A stretch of DNA of 64,000 nt from the IMG/VR virus record IMGVR_UViG_3300042691_041718, positions 122,466-186,465 of that record; one strand, 5' to 3'. Within the stretch, counting starts at the first letter, position 1. Each line of letters opens with the position of its first letter. Under the pieces are notes generated by a model that worked only from the letters and a program-made list of their open reading frames with translations, was not told where the DNA came from and made no database searches. The position numbers were made by a program, and so were the translations under genes. This document shows, piece by piece, positions 1 through 10,418 of the stretch. Source of the DNA: a virus.

Positions 1-867
1 TAATTGACCATTATCCCAAGTACCAATGTTATAATAACCAATAGATATTACTCTATCACTTACACACACTTTTGATTTCTTATCAAAGAAACCTGGATTG
101 AAACTAGTTAAATCTTTTTTAATTTTACTAATTAACATCAATTCATTAAAATTAAAGTTTACTAAGCTCTTTTTAAGATTATAAGCTGATTTAAGATCTA
201 AACCAAGAATCCATTTTATAACACTTGTTGATAATTTAAATTGTCCTATTGGTTGATTAACAATACCATATTCAAACAAACCATTATCTTTAATACCATA
301 ATAAAGTTCAATCTCATTTCTATCATATGGTACATCATTTACATATCTTTTAAGTGATGAAAATCTATTAAATATAGATTTAACATCATCTGAATTTAAT
401 TCGAATAAAAAATAAAAAAGATAGTCATCTGGTAATTTTTCATTATTTGGTAAGACATCTTTTTGACCAAGTGCTGTTAAACACTTTAAAAATGATGTGA
501 AAATGTTTTTACCAGCCATAGTAATTTCTGATTCAGTTAGGGGTTCTAAATCAGTTGAAAATTCTACATTAGTTTCTTTCTCCTGTATACCATTATCAAT
601 AAAATCTTTTATTAATGATTCTATTTCATTTTTAGTATTATCATCTAATATGTTAATCGCATTTGATAATCTAATATCAGAAGGTATATCACTCAAATCA
701 TCTTCTCTACTAATATTAAATTCTCTATTTACTATATTTTTGATATATTCTAAATCATCACCTTCTAAAGTTGAATATAAATACTCAACCCATTCACCTA
801 ATGAGTTAAAATCTTCTCTATTTTTACTAAAAGACTCATTAATGAATTCTAAATATTTCTTAATCAT
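1..867 (-). CDS. hypothetical protein, 3'-truncated by window edge; N-terminus resembles a T4-type capsid-targeting sequence
   Basis: Hand translation from ATG at 867 (MIKKYLEFINESFSKNREDFNSLGEW...) stays open to base 1. It is absent from the ORF track because it has no stop in the window. TAATATATA lies 4 nt upstream. Confidence 0.8.
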   Translation of the reverse strand, partial: MIKKYLEFINESFSKNREDFNSLGEWVEYLYSTLEGDDLEYIKNIVNREFNISREDDLSDIPSDIRLSNAINILDDNTKNEIESLIKDFIDNGIQEKETNVEFSTDLEPLTESEITMAGKNIFTSFLKCLTALGQKDVLPNNEKLPDDYLFYFLFELNSDDVKSIFNRFSSLKRYVNDVPYDRNEIELYYGIKDNGLFEYGIVNQPIGQFKLSTSVIKWILGLDLKSAYNLKKSLVNFNFNELMLISKIKKDLTSFNPGFFDKKSKVCVSDRVISIGYYNIGTWDNGQL

Positions 868-918
868 ATATTATATATTAAAATTAAAAATTCACTTTAT
901 AAAATATATATATAGAAT

Positions 919-1476
919 ATGAGTGATAAGTTATTTGAATTAGAAATAAGAAAAATTATACAAGAGTATAAATTATTGGAGATTGAAGAAGAATGGAAAA
1001 ATGAGCTAATAAATTCAAATAAGGAAACATTTCTAAAAGAAATTTATCACAAAAGGGGATTTGATAATGAGGTATCAAATCCAAAAGAGACATCAGTTGA
1101 TAAAGGTGTTGTTGTGGATAAAAGAAGGGATCACATTTCCGATAATATTAAGAAGTTATTTCGTGAGATAGTTAAATTAACACACCCCGATAAAACTTTT
1201 AATAAGAAAAATCGTCTTGAATTAAATGATCTTTATATAAAGGCTAAAATAGCATCAGAAGAATCAAATATTTATGATTTATTAGTTATCTGTGATAAGT
1301 TATCTATAAAATGGTCAATTGATTTATATGAGAAAAAAATATTAGAAGATAATTTAGAGGTTAAGAGAAATAAAATAAAATCTATAGAGAGTTCTTATAT
1401 CTGGTTATGGATTAATGCTGAAACTATAGAAGAAAAATATAAAATAGTAAATCTATTTATTGAAAAAAATAGCTAA
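919..1476 (+). CDS. J-domain (DnaJ-like) co-chaperone protein
   Basis: IKKLFREIVKLTHPDK contains the J-domain HPD motif followed by a helix III-like segment. Confidence 0.75.
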   Translation: MSDKLFELEIRKIIQEYKLLEIEEEWKNELINSNKETFLKEIYHKRGFDNEVSNPKETSVDKGVVVDKRRDHISDNIKKLFREIVKLTHPDKTFNKKNRLELNDLYIKAKIASEESNIYDLLVICDKLSIKWSIDLYEKKILEDNLEVKRNKIKSIESSYIWLWINAETIEEKYKIVNLFIEKNS

Positions 1477-1481
1477 ATATT

Positions 1482-2762
1482 ATGGAGAGATTAAAAATTG
1501 GAATTACAATTGGATTGAGAGAAAATACAGAATCCATTTGGAGTAATGGTATGAAACAAAATGTATTAGTTTTATATAGACTTTTAAAAAATTCTAAAAA
1601 AAACTATGATATATACTTATTGAATACTGTTAATATTAATGATTGGACTGAAGAAAATTCAACAGATTTTGCCAAGGGTTCTTGTTTAAGAGTTGATAAT
1701 GGTAATGGGGAAATTCTAATTCCCAAATATTTACAAGATATAAAGTTTCATAACTTTATTGATAAATATTTAGATATGGATATGTTGATTGTTATGGGTG
1801 CTCAAATATCAAATGCTGAAATAAAAAAATTTAAACAGAATCCAAATAAAAAAGTTATTTCATATAAATGTGGTAACAACTATGTTATTACTATGGAAAA
1901 TATTCTATTTAAAGAAGATGATCCCGGTAAATTACACCAATATGAAGATTCATATGATGAAGTTTGGTATATACCACAACAAGATGAAGTGAATCGAGGA
2001 TACTATCATACATTGTATAGAACAAATTCATTAATTGTTCCATTTGTTTGGCATAATCAATATCTATTAGAAGCTCTAACTGACATTGAAAGAGGATTTC
2101 AAAGAGGTCAATTCAAAAAAGATTATCGTTATCAAATTGGTAAGGAAAAAAAGAGAATTGGTGTAATGGAACCAAATATAAATATTGTAAAATTTGCACT
2201 TATACCAACAATGATTACTGAAGAATCTTATAGAGGTGATATTGGTAGAAAACATATTGAAAAATTAATGTTGACAAACTCAGAGAAAATCAGCAAAAAC
2301 AAAGAGTTTATGGGTATGATTTCAACTTTCGATTTATATAAGGATGATAAAATCACAGCTGAGAGTAGATATCAAACAGCATTTATACTTTCACAATATA
2401 TGGATATATTAGTTTGTCACCAAATACTAAATCCTCTGAATTATATTTACTTAGATGCAGCTTATATGGGTTATCCTGTTTTACATAATGCTCCTATGTG
2501 TAAGGATTTAGGTTATTATTATGAGGGATCCGATACCGTTGAGGGTGCTAGACAATTAGATTATATCTTAACCGAACACGATAAAAATATTGATTCTTAT
2601 AATGAAAGAAATGATAAGGTTTTAATGAGATATTATGCTGATAATCCAAGACTTGTTAAAACATATGACATGCTTATCGAAAATTTATTCAATGGTGGTA
2701 ATTATGGTTTAGAATATAACCCAAAAACAAATCTATATAAAAATAAAAAAGCCACTAAATAG
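1482..2762 (+). CDS. DUF2827-family putative glycosyltransferase
   Basis: SIWSNGMKQNVLVLY at the N-terminus and HQILNPLNYIYLDAAYMGYPVLHNAP near the C-terminus match the recalled DUF2827 pattern (IWxNG..QN; HQW.N.QNY.Y.D.L...YPL.HN). Confidence 0.7.
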   Translation: MERLKIGITIGLRENTESIWSNGMKQNVLVLYRLLKNSKKNYDIYLLNTVNINDWTEENSTDFAKGSCLRVDNGNGEILIPKYLQDIKFHNFIDKYLDMDMLIVMGAQISNAEIKKFKQNPNKKVISYKCGNNYVITMENILFKEDDPGKLHQYEDSYDEVWYIPQQDEVNRGYYHTLYRTNSLIVPFVWHNQYLLEALTDIERGFQRGQFKKDYRYQIGKEKKRIGVMEPNINIVKFALIPTMITEESYRGDIGRKHIEKLMLTNSEKISKNKEFMGMISTFDLYKDDKITAESRYQTAFILSQYMDILVCHQILNPLNYIYLDAAYMGYPVLHNAPMCKDLGYYYEGSDTVEGARQLDYILTEHDKNIDSYNERNDKVLMRYYADNPRLVKTYDMLIENLFNGGNYGLEYNPKTNLYKNKKATK

Positions 2763-2772
2763 TGGCTTTTTT
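2745..2772. terminator. bidirectional intrinsic terminator
   Basis: AAAAAAGCCACT-AAAT-AGTGGCTTTTTT between convergent genes. Confidence 0.85.
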
Positions 2773-2785
2773 ATTTTAAGTTTAA

Positions 2786-3016
2786 TTAAAGTTGTAATAT
2801 AGATTGAAAAAGAGAATCTGCAAATTCTCGTTCAAAAAATACATCACAAGCCTCTCTTCCATCATGCATGATTAAAGCTATTTGATATTGTTCTTCGTCT
2901 TTCATTTTAACTAGAGTAAGTACATCACCTTCATTTGATTCTGCAACTCTTAATAAATCAACGTCTTCTTCTGAGTCATATCCTGAAAAGACTTCTATAA
3001 ATTTTAAGTTTTCCAT
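2786..3016 (-). CDS. hypothetical acidic protein
   Basis: 76-aa ORF, last gene of the minus-strand array, with an A-rich leader. Confidence 0.65.
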   Translation of the reverse strand: MENLKFIEVFSGYDSEEDVDLLRVAESNEGDVLTLVKMKDEEQYQIALIMHDGREACDVFFEREFADSLFQSILQL

Positions 3017-3033
3017 ATTTTAATTTGTGTTTA

Positions 3034-3060
3034 AAAGACTCGCCTTTTTGACGAGTCTTT
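3034..3060 (-). terminator. conserved intergenic hairpin of the fibre array (terminator-like)
   Basis: AAAGACTCG...CGAGTCTTT inverted repeat; T-tract follows on the minus strand. Confidence 0.75.
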
Positions 3061-3069
3061 ATTTATATA

Positions 3070-6000
3070 TTAAAGTCCAAATCTTCCTCTTGAACTATTG
3101 AAGTTTTGTAGAACTTCAGTTGCTGATAAAGATCGATTATAAACTTTACCTGAGTAAATATTACCTTTCCATAATTCAGGAAAAACACTTGATCCACTAC
3201 CAATTCTCGCTTCAAAATTAGACCAGTTATTCATATTATAAGAAGTTATATTTGATGTAGTTGATCCATCTAATACACCATTTCTATATAAGTAAATTTT
3301 ATATACACCTGATTCTTTTTTGAATACTGCCGTATAATTAACGATTGTGTTAAGAATATCAGCACCTGTTAATTGAGAAGAAACCCAGGTTTGCGTAAAT
3401 CCAACAACATTAATATTTGCAAAAACTTTTCCAGAATTTGAACCGCTTCTAAACTTCCAAAGAGAAATAGAATTTGTTTGGTTAGAAGATCCAAGAGTTA
3501 TTATTTCATGATAAACATCCGAATTGTCCGTTACTTTAACCCAGAAGTCATATGTTATGTCTGTATCGTTAAACCTAAAGTTCGAACCCAAATTAACATA
3601 ATCATTAACACCGTCGAATAATATAGAACCTCCATTAGTAGAATCATAAGTTGGTCCATTAACTAAAGTACCATTATTACCGGCAGCTAAATCGAACCAA
3701 GTTGTTCCTGTTCCTGGATATGAGTTTGCATTACCTGCATCTAAATTAAGTACTAAACCGTTAGTGTTATAAACTGGAGTTCCAACTTGTCTTCCTAAAG
3801 CAGTTTGGAATTTTTGTACAATAGTTCTCATAGTAAGCGCATCTGTATCATTAAAGTTTTCTTGGAAATATACAATTGATAAATTTCTACTACTTAGATC
3901 TGATACCGCACCATTTTCACTTCTACCTCCTATAAGACATATTAAATTCACTGGATAATAAGCAAGTGATCTTGAATAAGATGTAGTATCTTTTAAAGTT
4001 TTAACCGTATTTGAATCTGTTCTATACGATTGGTAAAAACCTCTGGTGTCTGTATCTGCGAAACTAACAAAATCATCAGAGTTAACTCCACCAAATGTTG
4101 TAGTACTATTATGTGCAATTTGGAATGCTCTTACAGGGAAGTAACTAAGTGCACCAACATCAGTTGAAGAAATACTACTATTAGTAGTTGAATAAACACC
4201 TAATCCAGAAGCAATTGCAAAATTTACTGGGTTTAAAAACGTATTGGCATAACCTGTTGTACCATTTGGTTGAGCACCGCTAGATGTGTGAGTCCATCCG
4301 CCGTTAAACACCAATCTATATGCAGCATCCAAATCTCTAGGATCTTTTAAGTTCCATTTATGAGAAGTAGCGCTTCCGCCTACGAATGGATAAAGAGCTT
4401 TCATTTTAGTCCAGATACCAGCAGCTTTCAAATCAGTTACTAAAGTATTAACCGCAGAAGCTTGTTGAAAGCTAGTGATATTAGCCGCATTCAAGAAAGC
4501 TTGAGCATTTGTATCCGAAACTAATGGAACACTTACTTGTCTACCTAAAGTAGTTTGGAATGTTTGTACTGCTGTGTAGAATGCTGCTGATTCTGCATCT
4601 GTTAGACCATCTCCGATTGAATAAAAAGCAGTTTCTTTATTGTCAAATCCAGAAGCCACTAATTCATTATTCCTTGCACCTATGTAGTAGTTTATTGTTG
4701 GTCTTTCGGTCACACCATTAGATGAATCAATAAGTACTTTTACACCATCTTTCCATGCATTAACAGTAGTAGTTGAAATTCTATTACCCATCATTAAACC
4801 CCTGGTGTTATTAATAGGGCTGGTGAAAGGTGATAATGAGGTATTGAAAATAATATTACCTAATGTTGTTCCATTAGGATTTGACATTAATAAATATCTT
4901 TGTGGGGAATTATTATCATTACATCCACCCATGATAGCACTCACACTCCATGTAGTTCTACTATATGTAGAATGATGGAAACTACCTAGTGTTAATATAG
5001 ATGATGGTACCAATTTAGTATCAGCATATGCTGTTGTACCATTAGGTAAAGCACCAGTTGAGCTATGGGTCCATCCACCATTGAATACTAACCTATAAGC
5101 TGCGTCTAAATCTCTCGGATCTTTTAAATTGAATTTATGAGATGTAGCCGTACCACCAACAAATGGATAAATAGCTTTCATTTTAGTCCATATACCGACT
5201 GCTTTCAAATCAATAACTAATGTATTGATAGCCACCGCTTGATTTCCATCGGTAATTCCTGCCACAGTCAAGAAACTAACAGCATCTGCGTCACTAACAT
5301 AAGGAGTTCCGACATGACGACCTAATGTTGTTTGAAATTTTTGAATTGATGTATATAGATTAGTAGTATCAGTATCACTCATACCGTCAGCTATAACTGA
5401 AAATGCAGTCTCTCTATTTGAATAATAATTAGCCCCACTTGGACTTCCCATCGCACCAATTGCTATATTTACCGAACCGGCAATCGTAGAATCTGCAGAA
5501 CTTGTCAACACATTTCCATTTTTACCAAGTTTAGCATTTGTACTCACTTTATTAGTCCAATACCAGCCTCTTGAATCTGCCTGTATACCACCGTCTAATA
5601 AAACAGAACTGTCTGAGTTTCTAGCAAGTATATTATTATAAATTCCTGCTTTATACCAAGCAGATAGCCATGTCCATTTGCTCAAATCACTAGAACCCAT
5701 ATCTATCTGATCTGTTCCAGTATTACCATTAGTTATTGAGTAATATCCTAAGAAAGGTGTTAAATTACTAGATGGATTATAAAAAGTATTAGCATAACCA
5801 GTTGTTCCATTAGGTTTAGCACCAGTCGATGCATGTGTCCATCCGCCATTAAATACTAATCTAAATGCAGCATCCAAATCTCTTGGATCCTTTAAGTTAA
5901 ATTTATGTGAAGTTGCCGATCCACCGACAAATGGATAAATAGCTTTCATTTTTGTCCATATTCCATATGTCTTTAAATCATTTACTAATGTATTGATAGC

Positions 6001-6117
6001 TGCAGCCTGTGTTAAATCTGTAATTCCTGCAGCCGAAATGAATGCTTGTGCATCTGCATCTACTGCATTGACTACCGAAGTAACAAAAGATCTCCAGCCA
6101 ACTCTTGCTTGTGTCAT
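3070..6117 (-). CDS. fibre/adhesin protein: three repeats of the DADAQAF...DPRDLDAA domain plus a C-terminal LamG/concanavalin A-like domain
   Basis: Three copies of KMKAIYPFVGG...HKFNLKDPRDLDAA; C-terminal LDAGN...FDGVNDYV...YNRSLSATEVLQNF is typical of LamG-like phage fibres. Confidence 0.75.
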   Translation of the reverse strand: MTQARVGWRSFVTSVVNAVDADAQAFISAAGITDLTQAAAINTLVNDLKTYGIWTKMKAIYPFVGGSATSHKFNLKDPRDLDAAFRLVFNGGWTHASTGAKPNGTTGYANTFYNPSSNLTPFLGYYSITNGNTGTDQIDMGSSDLSKWTWLSAWYKAGIYNNILARNSDSSVLLDGGIQADSRGWYWTNKVSTNAKLGKNGNVLTSSADSTIAGSVNIAIGAMGSPSGANYYSNRETAFSVIADGMSDTDTTNLYTSIQKFQTTLGRHVGTPYVSDADAVSFLTVAGITDGNQAVAINTLVIDLKAVGIWTKMKAIYPFVGGTATSHKFNLKDPRDLDAAYRLVFNGGWTHSSTGALPNGTTAYADTKLVPSSILTLGSFHHSTYSRTTWSVSAIMGGCNDNNSPQRYLLMSNPNGTTLGNIIFNTSLSPFTSPINNTRGLMMGNRISTTTVNAWKDGVKVLIDSSNGVTERPTINYYIGARNNELVASGFDNKETAFYSIGDGLTDAESAAFYTAVQTFQTTLGRQVSVPLVSDTNAQAFLNAANITSFQQASAVNTLVTDLKAAGIWTKMKALYPFVGGSATSHKWNLKDPRDLDAAYRLVFNGGWTHTSSGAQPNGTTGYANTFLNPVNFAIASGLGVYSTTNSSISSTDVGALSYFPVRAFQIAHNSTTTFGGVNSDDFVSFADTDTRGFYQSYRTDSNTVKTLKDTTSYSRSLAYYPVNLICLIGGRSENGAVSDLSSRNLSIVYFQENFNDTDALTMRTIVQKFQTALGRQVGTPVYNTNGLVLNLDAGNANSYPGTGTTWFDLAAGNNGTLVNGPTYDSTNGGSILFDGVNDYVNLGSNFRFNDTDITYDFWVKVTDNSDVYHEIITLGSSNQTNSISLWKFRSGSNSGKVFANINVVGFTQTWVSSQLTGADILNTIVNYTAVFKKESGVYKIYLYRNGVLDGSTTSNITSYNMNNWSNFEARIGSGSSVFPELWKGNIYSGKVYNRSLSATEVLQNFNSSRGRFGL

Positions 6118-6136
6118 TTAATTTTAATTTTTTTAA

Positions 6137-6163
6137 AGAGACTCGTCAAAATGACGAGTCTCT
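6137..6163 (-). terminator. conserved intergenic hairpin of the fibre array
   Basis: AGAGACTCGTCA-AAA-TGACGAGTCTCT perfect 12-bp stem. Confidence 0.8.
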
Positions 6164-6174
6164 ATTTATATATT

Positions 6175-8580
6175 TTAGTATACTGAGTAGTACGAGTTTA
6201 TATTAGTATTAATTGCAGAATTATTGCTTAATTGCGATGTACTTCCATATATGATTAGTTCAGAGAAACCTGAACCACTTGTCAATCCATTACCCGCATC
6301 TCTTTTAAATATCACAACACCAGTAACAGCACCTCCGATATCATGTGCAAAATTAGTAACTAAATTAGCTCCATTCTCAAATACTGTAACGCCAGATGAG
6401 TTTTCATGTATGCTTATTAAATTAAATCCATTTGGTAATGCAGCAGCTGTAATCTCTTGTCCAGCGGAGTCATAGTATCTACCAGTTCCATTAGCATTTC
6501 TAGAAACGAAGTGTTGGTTAGAAGTACCTACTGAAGACATCATGGCCATCGCTCCTCTAGATGCATTTAATTTTATAGTTGCAAAAATAGAGTTAGTTGT
6601 CAGGTTCCAAGACGCCGAACTATTAATCATAAATGAACTTCCATCGGTTAGTATAACAGGTTTTGAATTTTGTGTATTTAAAACACCCGATAAAACTATA
6701 CTTGGTTGATTTGTAGCAGTTGTTTGTGTTGCATGTTGATTATTTCCACTTTGGTCGTACCATGTAGTTACGAATCCATTACCACTACCAACAAATGCCA
6801 ATAACGAAGTGGTATCTAAATTGCCATTTGCGTCAAACGAAATATCTTGTTCCAGATTATCAGAAGATCTTCTAACTCTAATAGCAAATCCATAATACCC
6901 AGTTCTTAATTTTCTTAATGAATATGCGGCAGCTGCACTTGAATAAGTATCTAATAAATTAGCAGTTTGACCAGATTCCAATACTGGAGTTCCAATTTGT
7001 CTTCCTAATGTTGTATTGAATTTTTGTACCGCAGTATAGAATGCGGTAGCTTCAGCATCTGTTAAACCATCTCCAATTGACGCGAATGCTGATTCAAATG
7101 TAGAATAACCATAAATACCACTATTATATATTGCAGCACCTAGACCAACATTGTAATTAGGTTTAACTGTTATTGTTTCTGTTTTAGTACCAATAACGCT
7201 ATTATTTATAATAGCTTTCTGAGTATTAGCTTCTTTTTTAATTATAAATAGTCCTCTAGTATCAGCAACTGGAGTATCAATTGGGTTAACAAAACCACCT
7301 AATCCAGCATATATATTAGGTGCTGCACCGTATATATCAATAGCATAATATCTTGAGTTTAATATATCATATGAACCTATCATGTAATTATCCTTACCAC
7401 TACCAGGAATTACTGTTGTTCTTGAATAATATGAAAGGTGACTATTTGTACCGTCTAAGGCAGTGTTTACGTTTAATTTAGTGTCAGCATATGCTGTCGT
7501 ACCATTTGGTTTAGCTCCGGTTGAACTGTGCGTCCATCCACCATTAAATACCAATCTAAATGCAGCATCTAAATCTCTTGGATCTTTCAAGTTGAATTTA
7601 TGTGTTGTTGCAGTTCCACCTACGAATGGATAAATTGCCTTCATCTTAGTCCAAATACCAGCCGCTTTTAAATCAACAACTAATGTATTAACCGCAGTAG
7701 CTTGGCCTAAATCTGTAATACCTGCAGCATTCAAGAAAGCTTGAGCATCTGAATCTGATACAATCGGAGATCCAACATGACGACCTAATGTTGTTTGAAA
7801 TTTTTGAATAGTCGTATAAAGGTTTGTTATATCAATATCTGATAGTCCATTTCCAATATAAGTAAAAGATTTTTCCCTAGTTGAATATGAACCAACAGTA
7901 CTACCTGAAAGTCTTATAGATATATTCGGGACAGAACCAGACATTGCAGTAGTGGTGGTTCCCAATATAGAAGTATTTCGGAATATTTTCATCATAGTTG
8001 TTGATGTTCTTGATAAAGATATGAGACCAGCTGAACTAGAATTAGTGACTACTATATTATATGGTACTGCATCTCTATAAATATATCCATATATTTTTCC
8101 ATCCGACCATCTAGTATCAATACCAATACATTGAGTACCACTATTGTAAGCTGATATATCATTAGAATTTTCCATTATATCAGTTCTTGAATAAAAACCA
8201 AAAGCCATATCATATTCAGTTGGATAATTGGAAGATGGTATTAATTTAGTATCTGCATATCCTGTAGTACCATTTCCTTTTATACCATTACTTGTATGTG
8301 TCCAACCACCATTAAATACTAATCTAAATGCAGCATCTAAATCCCTCGGATCTTTTAAGTTGAATTTATGTGAAGTTGCAGATCCACCAACAAATGGATA
8401 AATAGCTTTCATTTTTGACCATATTCCATAGGTCTTTAAATCATTTACTAACGTATTGATAGCTGCTGCTTGAGTTAAGTTAGTAATTCCTGCAGCTGAT
8501 ATAAATGCTTGAGCATCTGCATCTACTGCATTGACTACCGAAGTAACAAAAGCTCGCCATCCAACTCTTATTTGTGTCAT
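6175..8580 (-). CDS. fibre/adhesin protein: two DPRDLDAA domains plus a C-terminal arabinofuranosidase-B-like/ConA-like domain
   Basis: MTQIRVGWR start; AAYSLRKL...RVRRSSDN...NGFVTTWYDQSGN. Confidence 0.75.
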   Translation of the reverse strand: MTQIRVGWRAFVTSVVNAVDADAQAFISAAGITNLTQAAAINTLVNDLKTYGIWSKMKAIYPFVGGSATSHKFNLKDPRDLDAAFRLVFNGGWTHTSNGIKGNGTTGYADTKLIPSSNYPTEYDMAFGFYSRTDIMENSNDISAYNSGTQCIGIDTRWSDGKIYGYIYRDAVPYNIVVTNSSSAGLISLSRTSTTMMKIFRNTSILGTTTTAMSGSVPNISIRLSGSTVGSYSTREKSFTYIGNGLSDIDITNLYTTIQKFQTTLGRHVGSPIVSDSDAQAFLNAAGITDLGQATAVNTLVVDLKAAGIWTKMKAIYPFVGGTATTHKFNLKDPRDLDAAFRLVFNGGWTHSSTGAKPNGTTAYADTKLNVNTALDGTNSHLSYYSRTTVIPGSGKDNYMIGSYDILNSRYYAIDIYGAAPNIYAGLGGFVNPIDTPVADTRGLFIIKKEANTQKAIINNSVIGTKTETITVKPNYNVGLGAAIYNSGIYGYSTFESAFASIGDGLTDAEATAFYTAVQKFNTTLGRQIGTPVLESGQTANLLDTYSSAAAAYSLRKLRTGYYGFAIRVRRSSDNLEQDISFDANGNLDTTSLLAFVGSGNGFVTTWYDQSGNNQHATQTTATNQPSIVLSGVLNTQNSKPVILTDGSSFMINSSASWNLTTNSIFATIKLNASRGAMAMMSSVGTSNQHFVSRNANGTGRYYDSAGQEITAAALPNGFNLISIHENSSGVTVFENGANLVTNFAHDIGGAVTGVVIFKRDAGNGLTSGSGFSELIIYGSTSQLSNNSAINTNINSYYSVY

Positions 8581-8599
8581 ATTTTTTTTATTTTTTAAA

Positions 8600-8625
8600 A
8601 AAGACTCGCCCTTTGACGAGTCTTT
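8600..8625 (-). terminator. conserved intergenic hairpin of the fibre array
   Basis: AAAGACTCG...CGAGTCTTT, near-identical to 3034-3060. Confidence 0.75.
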
Positions 8626-8636
8626 ATTTATATAGT

Positions 8637-10118
8637 TTAGTATACTGAATAATAAGTATTCATGTTATCTTGAATATCTAATCTAGTACTTGACTTATCT
8701 GAATTCCAGAAAATAACCTCTTGAATATCCCCATCAAACTCATTCAAAAAATAAGGAGTTCCAGATGCAGCACCTATTGATATACCTCTTAATTCGATAT
8801 TTCCCAGAGCGGTAGAATTAATACCTCCATTATTAACAGATATTTTTGAATTCGATCCATCATAAAGCATAAACTTGATATTGTTATTAGTATTTGCATT
8901 TAATAATGAATAAAGATATCCACTAGTATATATTGAAAATTTACCATTTGTAATGGAATCTAAATAATTAGGGCTATATACTGAATACAAATCACCACCA
9001 ACAGCCACTCTATTGCCAGTATCGTTATATCTAGTAACAGTAAAAAGTGATACAGGTTTTGTTATAGTAAACGATCCGTAAGGATATCTAAGTATTCTAC
9101 CTCTATATGATGTATCCCCTCCTATGCTACTTCCGTATGAATTTAAACCAGTCGTGAACTTTTTCAAAGTTGCTTTACCATTATTCTTTAGCATAGCCCC
9201 TTCCCATACTATATACGGCTGATTTGCAGCAGTAGGTTGTGAAGCGTGTCTACTATTTCCACTCTGGTCATACCATGTTACTATAAAACCGTTACCTGCA
9301 GACCCAACTGTTGTTTTAGCATAAGGTTGTATAGTTTTTCCAGAAACATTATTTAAAGTACCTGTGACTTGCATACCCCAGATATAATATTTAGCACCAG
9401 TATCACCGGTAAAAGAGAAATTTCCATTATTACTACCGTTCCTGAAAATGTTTATCGGAAATTTATTTGCAGTTCTACCAGCAAGAACATCTCCACTCAT
9501 AGAACATCTCCACCAACCGTTTCCTTCATCAGTCATCGCTGCGCCAGTTATGTTTATACCAGAAGAATTAAAAATATAAGTAGTTCCTGTATCTAAATTG
9601 AACTCAACATATCCCCAAGAACCATTAAGGTCTTCCTTTGCTATAATTTTATTATTAGTTGATGTATTTCCAGGAGCTTTCTTAATATAGAAACTCGCGT
9701 TCCAGTTATATCCAGTAGGTAAAGTAGTGTTTGGATAATATCTATACATATAATGGTTACCTGATCCACTATTCTCTGAATAAAGATCAGCTGTCTGTGT
9801 TCCGTCAGGAGCAGTTCCCTGATCTGCAGTTATCGTAACACCAGACTTAGCATATACTGCATTAGTAAAATCTTGTGAATATGATAATTGATTGTATGCT
9901 CCGACGAAATTCATTAATGTAGTTTCATCTAGAACATTATTTAAAAAAGGTATATCCATTTCTGTATTATCTCCACTTCTTCTTACTCTAATGCATGCAC
10001 CAGTGTAATTAGTATTTAATTTTCTAAAGGAGTATGCTGCTAAAGAATTTGGAAATAGATCTAGTAGAAGAGCAGATTGATCTACGTATGTTCTCCATCC
10101 AACTTTTGTTTGTGTCAT
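8637..10118 (-). CDS. fibre/adhesin protein: AbfB-like domain with an inserted head-spike-fibre-like domain
   Basis: MTQTKVGWR; AYSFRKL...RVRRSGDN; insert with YSQDF...APDGTQTAD...DEGNGWWRCS; then NGFIVTWYDQSGN. Confidence 0.7.
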   Translation of the reverse strand: MTQTKVGWRTYVDQSALLLDLFPNSLAAYSFRKLNTNYTGACIRVRRSGDNTEMDIPFLNNVLDETTLMNFVGAYNQLSYSQDFTNAVYAKSGVTITADQGTAPDGTQTADLYSENSGSGNHYMYRYYPNTTLPTGYNWNASFYIKKAPGNTSTNNKIIAKEDLNGSWGYVEFNLDTGTTYIFNSSGINITGAAMTDEGNGWWRCSMSGDVLAGRTANKFPINIFRNGSNNGNFSFTGDTGAKYYIWGMQVTGTLNNVSGKTIQPYAKTTVGSAGNGFIVTWYDQSGNSRHASQPTAANQPYIVWEGAMLKNNGKATLKKFTTGLNSYGSSIGGDTSYRGRILRYPYGSFTITKPVSLFTVTRYNDTGNRVAVGGDLYSVYSPNYLDSITNGKFSIYTSGYLYSLLNANTNNNIKFMLYDGSNSKISVNNGGINSTALGNIELRGISIGAASGTPYFLNEFDGDIQEVIFWNSDKSSTRLDIQDNMNTYYSVY

Positions 10119-10137
10119 AGTTTTTTTTTATTTTTTA

Positions 10138-10159
10138 AAAGACCTCCGAAGAGGTCTTT
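10138..10159 (-). terminator. C(UUCG)G tetraloop hairpin terminator
   Basis: Minus strand AAAGACCTC-TTCG-GAGGTCTTTT. Confidence 0.85.
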
Positions 10160-10161
10160 AT

Positions 10162-10389
10162 TTATGGATTTACATCTCCAGGAAGCTCAACTTGAACCGG
10201 ATTGTGATCGATTTCTGGTAAATCATGAACCCATTCAGTTACTCCTCCATGTGTACATTGATTAACTTCCTCATTTGAGATAAACCAATTTCCATCAGCA
10301 TCTAATGTTGGGTTGAAGAATTGAATTCCATCATAAGTTTGACCAACTAATAGGTCTTTTTGTTCTTGTGTTAAAAGTCTTACTTTCAT
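10162..10389 (-). CDS. small fibre-associated protein (paralogue of 10444-10668)
   Basis: MKVRLLTQEQKDLLVGQ...FFNPTLDADGNWFIS, shared with its neighbour. Confidence 0.75.
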   Translation of the reverse strand: MKVRLLTQEQKDLLVGQTYDGIQFFNPTLDADGNWFISNEEVNQCTHGGVTEWVHDLPEIDHNPVQVELPGDVNP

Positions 10390-10418
10390 CGTTTATTACT
10401 TATTTTTTATTTTTTAGA

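Noticed and set aside
497-922. 141-aa plus-strand ORF in the track
   Set aside because: Antisense shadow of the real minus-strand gene 1-867, which has a promoter motif and typical composition.
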